Shown here: in pieces, positions 29,766 to 37,783 of the stretch | Layout: every line of letters begins with the position of its first letter | Numbering within the stretch: position 1 is the stretch's first letter | Assembly (NCBI GenBank): GCA_944391075.1 | Contig: CALXSG010000002.1 | Location: forward strand, 27,869 to 91,868 | Direction of reading: 5' to 3' | Length of the DNA: 64,000 bases | Origin: an uncultured Rickettsiales bacterium | Lineage (GTDB): Bacteria; Pseudomonadota; Alphaproteobacteria; Rickettsiales; UBA1997 | Position numbers and translations under genes: made by a program | Notes under the pieces: generated by a model | What the model was told of the DNA's origin: nothing | Databases searched by the model: none | Seen by the model: only the letters and a program-made list of their open reading frames with translations

Positions 29766-30203
29766 TTAATCAATGATTTGATCTTGCATATATTCCATAG
29801 CCTCACTATCTAAATAAATTTCACAAGAATAATAGCCTGTGAATATACAATTTTTTAAATCAATTTTCTTAGCTTCTTTTAATAAAGCTTGAATATTTTT
29901 TCTTTCTTTTAAGGCTTTATTTTTTTCCTTAATATCTTTTGATTTTACATTATTTAATCTAATATTAGATGCTTTAACATTCATGCTTGCATGACCTTTT
30001 TGCATAATAAATGTATCATTAGTGATATTATATTTAATAAATTTTACATTAGCATATGTTTGAGCTTTTGTCTTATAGCATTTTCCATTCTTATCACAAA
30101 CTTCAACATCTTTAGCATAAGAATAATTTATAAAAAATAAAGATAAAATAAAAAGTAAAAAAATTTGTATTTTTGTGGTCATATTTTGCAAATTTATTAA
30201 CAA
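29766..30203 (-). CDS. Hypothetical secreted protein
   Basis: Signal peptide 'MTTKIQIFLLFILSLFFINYSYA' from an internal Met. No recognisable domain. Confidence 0.5.
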   Translation of the reverse strand: MLINLQNMTTKIQIFLLFILSLFFINYSYAKDVEVCDKNGKCYKTKAQTYANVKFIKYNITNDTFIMQKGHASMNVKASNIRLNNVKSKDIKEKNKALKERKNIQALLKEAKKIDLKNCIFTGYYSCEIYLDSEAMEYMQDQIID

Positions 30204-30258
30204 TAAACATTATTATATGAAAAAAAATTTTTTGCAACAATATTCTATTAATATTTTA

Positions 30259-31290
30259 TTAAAAACCATTTAAATATCTAATAAATTTATTTATTGGAAA
30301 ATCATCAAACTGTAATAATGAAGATAAATTAATAATTTTTTCTTTTACAAACATCATTAAAATTTCAATATTAGATTTATGTAATAAAAAATATTTTTTA
30401 ACTTCACTTGATCTATATTGCAAATAATCAAAATTCATATTTTCAATATCTAAAAAATTTTCAACATCTCTATTAACAAATGTTTTTAAAAATATTTTTT
30501 CTATTAATATTTTTAAAACAACTTCCTCAGTAATTTTATCGCTTGTATATCGTTGACTAACTTGTTTTGATTGTATATTATAAGAATCCATTAAATTAAA
30601 AAATAAATCTTCATCTTTTATAGATAACAAATTATTTAAAAACATATCAAGTTTTACTATAATATCTTTTTTATTTAATAAAATATCACTGTAAAAAAAA
30701 CTATAATTAGTATATTTAGAATCGTCTTCTAATAAATATAAATCTGTATTTTTAAAAAGTGTTTTTTGTAATAAATAAGGTATTTGATATAATGCAGAAA
30801 AAATATCATCATTATCATTTGGTGATAATACAGAAGTATAAATACCTATACTTCTAAAAAAATTTGATGCTTGTAATATTGTGCTCATTCTATAAGTCTC
30901 ATCTTGATTCATTACAACCGTTTCAGGAAATAATAAAAAATTACAAGGCATAAAATTTTCTGTCCTATTTTGAAATAAAGACTTTAAATGTAAAGTATTT
31001 TTTTTATATATATTTGTATTAAAAATTAAGCAATTATTTTTTGTAAAAGGTATTTGCTTTGCAATAATTTCATATTTTGCAAATTCAACATTTAATATAA
31101 TAATATCAGCTATTTTTAATAAGTCATTTAATAAAGTTTCTGGTGAATTAATAATTATATTTTTTTTCTTATATGCAAATATCTTGTCTACATCAAAATC
31201 AAAACCAAGAGTTTGAAAACCATACTCCTTTGCTCTATCGAAAATTTTAATCGCTAAATCATCTAAACCAATAACTAATACACTACTCAT
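30259..31290 (-). CDS. Prephenate/arogenate dehydrogenase (TyrA)-like protein with eroded motifs
   Basis: Collinear with TyrA, but 'VLVIGLDDLA' replaces GxGxxG, 'ADIIILNV' stands for ADLVILAVP, 'FMPCNFLL' for F(V/I)GGHPMAG (His lost), and 'NDNDDIFSALYQIPYLL' for HD...SHLPHLL. Confidence 0.4.
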   Translation of the reverse strand: MSSVLVIGLDDLAIKIFDRAKEYGFQTLGFDFDVDKIFAYKKKNIIINSPETLLNDLLKIADIIILNVEFAKYEIIAKQIPFTKNNCLIFNTNIYKKNTLHLKSLFQNRTENFMPCNFLLFPETVVMNQDETYRMSTILQASNFFRSIGIYTSVLSPNDNDDIFSALYQIPYLLQKTLFKNTDLYLLEDDSKYTNYSFFYSDILLNKKDIIVKLDMFLNNLLSIKDEDLFFNLMDSYNIQSKQVSQRYTSDKITEEVVLKILIEKIFLKTFVNRDVENFLDIENMNFDYLQYRSSEVKKYFLLHKSNIEILMMFVKEKIINLSSLLQFDDFPINKFIRYLNGF

Positions 31291-31357
31291 TAAAAATTTC
31301 TTGATAAATATTTTCTTGAATATATATTAAAAATTAGAATTATAAAAGTAAACAAAA

Positions 31358-31816
31358 ATGCTAAATGGTGTAAAAGATTTTTTTGCTAATTGTAAAAATA
31401 AGATAAATAATTTTTTTAAAACTATTATTTATTTTATTGCAAATAATAAAGAAAAATTAGAAAATTTATATCAAACAAATTATGATTTAACATTTAGTTT
31501 TATGAGATCTAGTCGAATGAAAGATGCGAGTTTTAGATTTACTTTAATGGAACTATTTTGGCCAAATAAAGTTGAAATTAAATACAATCATGCAATATGT
31601 TTTATTTTAATGCATAACGATTATAAAGCTTTTAAAAAATTAAATAAAATATTAAAAAAATATCCTGATTACAAACCAGCAGAGGAATTATTATACAAAT
31701 TAGATACTTGCAATGGACTTGACGAATTTATTGAGGAATATAAAATAGAATTTCATATTATTGACACTAATAATATACAAGAAGATAATGAGAATAATGA
31801 TAAACAAAAAAGCTAA
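31358..31816 (+). CDS. Hypothetical protein (helical, possibly TPR-like)
   Basis: ORF only; no diagnostic motif. Confidence 0.4.
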   Translation: MLNGVKDFFANCKNKINNFFKTIIYFIANNKEKLENLYQTNYDLTFSFMRSSRMKDASFRFTLMELFWPNKVEIKYNHAICFILMHNDYKAFKKLNKILKKYPDYKPAEELLYKLDTCNGLDEFIEEYKIEFHIIDTNNIQEDNENNDKQKS

Positions 31817-31821
31817 ATAAA

Positions 31822-32631
31822 ATGATAAAAAAACAGAATAATTTTTTATTAAAATTATTATTACTTTTATGTCTTTACTTTTTTAATAATTTTAATGCAT
31901 TTGCTATTGAAATAGACTATAAAAATAATAATGAAAGCAATGCTGATGAATATCTTGATGATTATTATTTTGATGACTATGGAATGGAAACATCAAATTT
32001 AAGTGTTTGGGATCCATGGGAACCATTTAATAGAAAAATTTATCAATTCAATGAATGGGTATTAAGGTATCTTGCAAAACCTTTATATTATAATGTATAT
32101 ACACAAATTACAACAGCCGATATGAGAAAAGGTGTTAGTAATTTTGTAACAAATCTTAAAATGCCAATGACATTTGCTAATTATGTCTTGCAATTAGATT
32201 TTAGAAATGCGGCAGCTTCTTTATATAGTTTTGTAATGAATACAATATTTGGTATTGGTGGTATATATGATGTTGCTGGTTATCAAAAAGTATATGTTTC
32301 CGATACTAACTTAGGTGTTACACTAGGTAAATACGGAGTACCTGCTGGCCCATATATAGTTTTACCATTTTTAGGACCTAATGATTTAAGGGGCACATTA
32401 TCATGGGGTGTTGAATTCTTTGTAGATCCATTTGATTACAATATTTTTGATATTGGCGGAGATGAAATACTTAATGATTGGATTTTATATATTCACTCAT
32501 TCTTATATGTTGTAGATAAAGGAAGTTATGCTGTTGTAAATTATTATGATTTAATTGAATCTTCTTTTGATCCTTATGTAATGATGAGAGATGCATACGG
32601 ACAATCACAAAATTTCAAAATTAATAATTAG
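31822..32631 (+). CDS. mlaA: MlaA/VacJ family outer-membrane lipoprotein
   Basis: 'WDPWEPFNRKIYQFNEWVLRYLAKPL' and 'GPYIVLPFLGPNDLRG' match MlaA signatures. Confidence 0.85.
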   Translation: MIKKQNNFLLKLLLLLCLYFFNNFNAFAIEIDYKNNNESNADEYLDDYYFDDYGMETSNLSVWDPWEPFNRKIYQFNEWVLRYLAKPLYYNVYTQITTADMRKGVSNFVTNLKMPMTFANYVLQLDFRNAAASLYSFVMNTIFGIGGIYDVAGYQKVYVSDTNLGVTLGKYGVPAGPYIVLPFLGPNDLRGTLSWGVEFFVDPFDYNIFDIGGDEILNDWILYIHSFLYVVDKGSYAVVNYYDLIESSFDPYVMMRDAYGQSQNFKINN

Positions 32632-32641
32632 AGAGGTAAAA

Positions 32642-33247
32642 ATGAAAAATAATATTTTTAAGATTTTATTTTTTATAACTTTATTTATTGTAAATGTTAA
32701 TGCTGAAAATAAAGTTATAACAGAGAACGATGTTAAAACATTTATTACAAATATGTCAATAAAGTCAAATAGTATTCTTAACAATACAGAAACAACAGAT
32801 ATACAAAAAGAAACAGAATATAAAAATTTCACAGGAGAAATTGTTGATTCTGATTATGTAGCTAGATTTATTTTAGCAACAAATTGGAGGACATTAACGG
32901 TAGAGCAACAACAAGAATTTCAAACTCTTTATAAAGAATATTTAATGGAAAATTATATACCTAAGTTAAAGGACTATAACCAAGATTTAACTGTTAATAA
33001 AATAGAAAAATTAAGAGATAAAGTCTATATAGCTCAAACAACAACAAAGGATAAAGATGGAAGATTGGTTAATGTTAATTTTAGAGTTATAGAAAAAAAT
33101 GGAGAATTATATATTATTGACATCATACCAGAAGGAATTAGTTTTATAAGTAGTCAAAGAACTGATGTAAATAATTCTATTTCAAAAAATGGTTATAATG
33201 GATTTATCAAAGAATTAAAAAGTAAAATCAAAAATAAGACAGAATAA
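32642..33247 (+). CDS. mlaC: MlaC/Ttg2D-like periplasmic phospholipid-binding protein
   Basis: Start moved to the ATG at 32642 (GAGAGG 6 nt upstream), which yields signal peptide 'MKNNIFKILFFITLFIVNVNA'. 'VARFILATNWRTLTVEQQQEFQTLYKEYL' is MlaC-like. Lies directly after mlaA. Confidence 0.7.
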   Translation: MKNNIFKILFFITLFIVNVNAENKVITENDVKTFITNMSIKSNSILNNTETTDIQKETEYKNFTGEIVDSDYVARFILATNWRTLTVEQQQEFQTLYKEYLMENYIPKLKDYNQDLTVNKIEKLRDKVYIAQTTTKDKDGRLVNVNFRVIEKNGELYIIDIIPEGISFISSQRTDVNNSISKNGYNGFIKELKSKIKNKTE

Positions 33248-33316
33248 AATATAAAGCAATAAAACCCCTATCTTGGGGTTTTATTAATAATTCAATATCT
33301 ATTATATTCTATTATA

Positions 33317-34378
33317 TTAATTATTTTTCTTCCATTTTTTTAATAAATCGATTAATACTTCATTTTCTTGTGGAGTGCCAATAGAAATTCTTAAAGAATT
33401 TGGAACTTGTGCAGATTGTGAAAGAATTACAACATTATTTTTATCTAAATAATCAATAATTTCTTCACTATATGGAGAAATTGCTAAAACAAAGTTTGTT
33501 TTAGATGGAAATACTTTATCTATATAATCCAATTTTTTTAATTCTTTAATTATTTTTTCTTTCCATAATAAAACAATTTCTTTATTTCTTTTATAAAATT
33601 CAAAATATTTATGTTCTAATGCGTCTATGGCTATATCAGTAATCATTGTTGGTATAGCAAAGGGCAATAATATTTTTTCTAAATTATCCTTCACTTTTTC
33701 ATTTCCAATAAAAACACCAATTCTTAAATTAGCTAACCCATAATATTTAGATAAAGTTCTTAAAACTCCAATATTAGGATAATCTTTTACATAATTGACA
33801 AAACTTTCTTCATTAGCCCACTCAATATAAGCTTCGTCAATTACAATATAACAATCATCTTTTAAGGCATCAGCAATTTTTAAAATGTCATTTTTATTCA
33901 TTAAAACACCTAATGGAGCATTAGGGTTCGGAATAAACATTAATTTTACATCTGGCTTTTTACCATTTTCTATAATTTTATCAACGTCCAATTGATAATC
34001 ATTAGTTAAAGGAACATTTACACAATTAGCACATTCTATTTCGATAGCATGAGAATACAACATATAAGTTGGCGGACATAATATAACACTATCTTTATAG
34101 GGAATACAAAATAATTTTATTAACATTTGTATAAGTTCAGTAGAACCTTTACCATATGCAATATTATTAAGTGATACATTGTAAAGATTAGCTAATTTTT
34201 CTTTTAACTCAATATTTTCTACTGTTGGATATCTATTAAATTCTTTATCATCTCTAAAACTATAAGGATTTTCATTAGATGATAAAGATATTACATTTTT
34301 TCCACTTCTTGGTTCAGAATATTTTTCTAATTTCAAATATTCTGGACGAATTAAATTTAAAATTTTTTCTTCTGACAT
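33317..34378 (-). CDS. hisC: Histidinol-phosphate/aromatic aminotransferase (class II, HisC family)
   Basis: PLP-lysine context 'LRTLSKYYGLANLRIGV'. It is the last gene of the aro operon, so an aromatic aminotransferase role is possible. Confidence 0.75.
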   Translation of the reverse strand: MSEEKILNLIRPEYLKLEKYSEPRSGKNVISLSSNENPYSFRDDKEFNRYPTVENIELKEKLANLYNVSLNNIAYGKGSTELIQMLIKLFCIPYKDSVILCPPTYMLYSHAIEIECANCVNVPLTNDYQLDVDKIIENGKKPDVKLMFIPNPNAPLGVLMNKNDILKIADALKDDCYIVIDEAYIEWANEESFVNYVKDYPNIGVLRTLSKYYGLANLRIGVFIGNEKVKDNLEKILLPFAIPTMITDIAIDALEHKYFEFYKRNKEIVLLWKEKIIKELKKLDYIDKVFPSKTNFVLAISPYSEEIIDYLDKNNVVILSQSAQVPNSLRISIGTPQENEVLIDLLKKWKKNN

Positions 34379-34402
34379 ATTATACCCACCTTATTAATAT
34401 TA

Positions 34403-35488
34403 TTATTTATTATCTTTTCCTTTATGGATTAAATAAGCATCCATAAGTGTCAACCAAGCCATAGCTTCAACTACTGGCACAGCTCTTGGGGCGATACAAG
34501 GATCATGTCTACCTTTTGGTTGAAATTTAACATTTTCTCCTTGAATATTTACAGTATCTTGTTCTTTAAATATTGTTGCTGTTGGTTTAAATACTGTTCT
34601 AAATACAATATCTTCACCATTTGAAATACCAGCTTGAATACCACCAGAATGATTAGTTTTTGTTCTTACTTTATTATTTTCACTAACAAAAGCATCGTTA
34701 TGAGTTGAACCTTTGAAATTTACACAGTTAAAACCTTCGCCATATTCAAAACCTTTACAAGCATTAATACTTAACATAGCTTTTGCTAAATCAGCAGAAA
34801 GTTTATCAAATACAGGCTCGCCTAAACCAATAGGACAACCTTTAATTATACATTTAATAATACCAGCAACAGAATCACCATCTTCTTTTGCATTTTGTAT
34901 TAATTGAATCATTTTTTCAGCTTGTGCCTGATCTGGACATCTAACAATATTAGATTCAACCATACTTTCTGTAATTTCACCTAATGAATTTAAATCAGCT
35001 TTAATATCAGCTATTTGTTCTACAAATGCTAACATGCTAATACCTTTTTGTGTTAAGAATTTTTTAGCAACAGCTCCACCAGCTACACGACAAGCTGTTT
35101 CTCTGGCAGAAGATCTACCACCACCCCTATAATCTCTAATACCATATTTTTGAAAATAAGTCCAATCACCATGTGAAGGTCTAAAAATATCTTTGATATT
35201 TGAATAATCACTTGATTTATGATCTTTATTCATAATAAGCATAGCAATAGGAGTTCCTGTTGTTTTGCCTTCAAAAACACCCGATAATATTTGTACTAAA
35301 TCCTCTTCTTTTCTTTGAGTTGTAATACTACTTTGTCCTGGTTTTCTTTTATCTAATTCTTTTTGAATATCTTCTTCTGTTAACTCAACATTAGCAGGGC
35401 AACCATCAACGATACAACCTATTGCAGTACCATGTGATTCGCCAAAAGTTGTAACTTTAAACATTTTTCCAAAAGTATTTCCTGTCAT
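34403..35488 (-). CDS. aroC: Chorismate synthase
   Basis: '[11 protein letters not shown]', '[11 protein letters not shown]' and 'GRHDPCI'. Confidence 0.95.
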   Translation of the reverse strand: MTGNTFGKMFKVTTFGESHGTAIGCIVDGCPANVELTEEDIQKELDKRKPGQSSITTQRKEEDLVQILSGVFEGKTTGTPIAMLIMNKDHKSSDYSNIKDIFRPSHGDWTYFQKYGIRDYRGGGRSSARETACRVAGGAVAKKFLTQKGISMLAFVEQIADIKADLNSLGEITESMVESNIVRCPDQAQAEKMIQLIQNAKEDGDSVAGIIKCIIKGCPIGLGEPVFDKLSADLAKAMLSINACKGFEYGEGFNCVNFKGSTHNDAFVSENNKVRTKTNHSGGIQAGISNGEDIVFRTVFKPTATIFKEQDTVNIQGENVKFQPKGRHDPCIAPRAVPVVEAMAWLTLMDAYLIHKGKDNK

Positions 35489-35499
35489 TTTTTTCTCCT

Positions 35500-36084
35500 T
35501 TATTTTTTAATTTTTTGATTAATCAATTTCATTATTTCATTAACATTTTTATTTACATCTTTGCTGTTTGTATTAAACATTATATCAGCCATATCTTTAT
35601 AGTCTTTTTCCCTTTCTTTCATTATTCTAATATTTTCTTCAACATATTCTTCTTCATTAAATGTTTCTTCTTCTAAATCTGGCTTAATTTTCTTACGATT
35701 TTTAATTCTCTTTCTAATAACATTTGCATCGGAATATAACAATATTTTAAGAGTATCAGTAGAATCTTTTATAATTTTCTTTTGAATTTCTCCATAAGTT
35801 AACATATCATTATATTTAATATTATTAACCCCAACTCCACCACCAGCCGATATAACAATATTATTAAAGCTTAATAATTCTTTTAATTTTAGAGTTTCAA
35901 TTTCTCTAAATTCCCTCCAATTTTTGCCATCATTTGTGATTTTAGCAATACTTTTTCCTTCTTGTCTTTCAATTATAGTATCCATATTTAAACATTCAAA
36001 ATCTAGTAATTTTGCAAGCTTTGTGGAAATTATAGATTTTCCAACACATCTAAAACCGATAACTATAATTCTATTAAAATTCAT
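35500..36084 (-). CDS. aroK: Shikimate kinase with Lys/Glu-rich C-terminal extension
   Basis: P-loop 'IGFRCVGKS' and 'SAGGGVGVN'. Start taken at 'MNFNR' (ATG 36084-36082), forming a TAATG overlap with the aroA stop. Confidence 0.7.
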   Translation of the reverse strand: MNFNRIIVIGFRCVGKSIISTKLAKLLDFECLNMDTIIERQEGKSIAKITNDGKNWREFREIETLKLKELLSFNNIVISAGGGVGVNNIKYNDMLTYGEIQKKIIKDSTDTLKILLYSDANVIRKRIKNRKKIKPDLEEETFNEEEYVEENIRIMKEREKDYKDMADIMFNTNSKDVNKNVNEIMKLINQKIKK

Positions 36085-37349
36085 TATTTCTCCAACTTCT
36101 TCAAATATTGCCAAAATTCTGGAAATGATTTATTTACAACTTCTGGCTTTAAAATTTCTAAATTACCTAATTTTGTACCGGCAATTGCAAACGACATAGC
36201 CATTCTATGATCGTTATATGTTTCAATAGGACCTAAAATTTTATGATTATTATTACCATGAATAATAATATAATCTTCACCAATTTCTGTATCTATTGAA
36301 AGTTTTTTTAATTCATTATGTAAAGCTGCAAGTCTATCAGTTTCTTTATTTTTTAATGTGGATAAACCTGTAATCTTACTATCGCCATTAGCAAATGATA
36401 ATAAAACAGCTAACGACATTGCTGTATCTGGCATTCTTTCCATATCAACCTCAATAGGTTTTAGCTCGCCTTTTTTTACAATAATACCATTATCTTTATA
36501 TTCAATAATACCACCAGCTTTCTCTATTAACTTAACAAAATCTTTATCACCTTGTACGGAATTATTATTTACATTCAAAATTTCTAAACTTCCATCATGC
36601 AAACAACCCATACAAATAAAATAAGAAGCTGACGACCAATCACTTTCTATATTATATTCAATAGCTTTATATTTTGCATGTTTAATTATATATTGTTTAT
36701 AATCATTATTTATAACTTCAACACCAAAAGTTTTCATAATATCAGCAGTCATATCTATATATGATTTTGATACTTGCTTATCCAAAACATTTATTGTTAA
36801 ACCATCTTTTAAAAGTGGTGCAACCATCATTAATGCAGTAAAATATTGACTTGAAATTTTGCCACTAATACTAATTTCATTACCATTGACATTTTTACCA
36901 TTTCCTTTTAATGGCAAAGAACCTTCCTTACCAAGATATTCAATTTCAACACCAATTTGTCTTAAACCATCAACCAATTCACCAATTGGCCTTTCTAAAA
37001 TTTTACCTTCACCATTAATTATAACATCTTTATCCATTAATGCCAAAAGTCCAGTTAAGAATCTACTTGTAGTTCCAGCAAGTCCACAGAATAATTCTGT
37101 ACCATCTTTAACATCAAATTTGCCACCTTTACCATAAACCACTAAATTTTTTTCATTTTCTTCAATTTTGATACCTAATTTCTTTAATGATTCTATCATA
37201 TATTTTGTATCATCACTATAAAGTGGGTTATGTAAAACAGTTTTTCCATCTGTCAAACTTGCAATAATTAAAGCTCTATTTGTATAACTTTTTGAACCAG
37301 GAATTTCAAGTTTTACATTATTTATTTTTTCTATCTTTTCTACCAACAT
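36084..37349 (-). CDS. aroA: 3-phosphoshikimate 1-carboxyvinyltransferase (EPSP synthase)
   Basis: 'EIPGSKSYTNRALI', 'DHRMAMSFAIAG'. Confidence 0.95.
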   Translation of the reverse strand: MLVEKIEKINNVKLEIPGSKSYTNRALIIASLTDGKTVLHNPLYSDDTKYMIESLKKLGIKIEENEKNLVVYGKGGKFDVKDGTELFCGLAGTTSRFLTGLLALMDKDVIINGEGKILERPIGELVDGLRQIGVEIEYLGKEGSLPLKGNGKNVNGNEISISGKISSQYFTALMMVAPLLKDGLTINVLDKQVSKSYIDMTADIMKTFGVEVINNDYKQYIIKHAKYKAIEYNIESDWSSASYFICMGCLHDGSLEILNVNNNSVQGDKDFVKLIEKAGGIIEYKDNGIIVKKGELKPIEVDMERMPDTAMSLAVLLSFANGDSKITGLSTLKNKETDRLAALHNELKKLSIDTEIGEDYIIIHGNNNHKILGPIETYNDHRMAMSFAIAGTKLGNLEILKPEVVNKSFPEFWQYLKKLEK

Positions 37350-37359
37350 CTTTACCCCA

Positions 37360-37635
37360 TTAATTATTTTCTTTTAATTTATTATGTTCTTTAACAACTT
37401 CTGTCATTATAATTCTAAAAATTTCCTCCATCATATCTTCATCTAAATTATTTTCTTTTGCCATTAATCTAACATTTTCTATAACAATATTTTCTCTATT
37501 TTTATCAACAGATGATAAATTAGATTTAGCTTTTAATTTGCCAATTTCCCTTGTTGCTAAAAATCTTTTAGATATTGATTTTACAATGTCTTTATTAGCA
37601 TTATCAACTTCAATTCTTAATTCTTCTAAATTCAT
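37360..37635 (-). CDS. Chorismate mutase (AroQ class, monofunctional)
   Basis: 91-aa all-helical protein. 'LEELRIEVDNANKDIVKSISKRFLATREIGKLK' fits the AroQ N-terminal helix pattern. Confidence 0.75.
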   Translation of the reverse strand: MNLEELRIEVDNANKDIVKSISKRFLATREIGKLKAKSNLSSVDKNRENIVIENVRLMAKENNLDEDMMEEIFRIIMTEVVKEHNKLKENN

Positions 37636-37783
37636 AATCTTTATTATTTTTCTGTACTTTATATATTATTAATCTTTCGAAAACAGATAATATTATAGTA
37701 TTTTCAAAAAAGCAATTTTTAAAATAAGAATATTATTATTTATTTTTAAAAAGTTAAAATTTTTTTATTTACTATAATTATAG

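Noticed and set aside
32591-32641. The listed upstream start (MHTDNHKISK...) for mlaC, and the listed GTG start at 49575 for the HAD::MDH gene.
   Set aside because: For mlaC, the ATG at 32642 has a GAGAGG RBS and begins a proper signal peptide. For the HAD::MDH gene, 49575 lies within the TTGACA-17-TACAAT promoter, so Met20 or Met22 (49632/49638) is more plausible.
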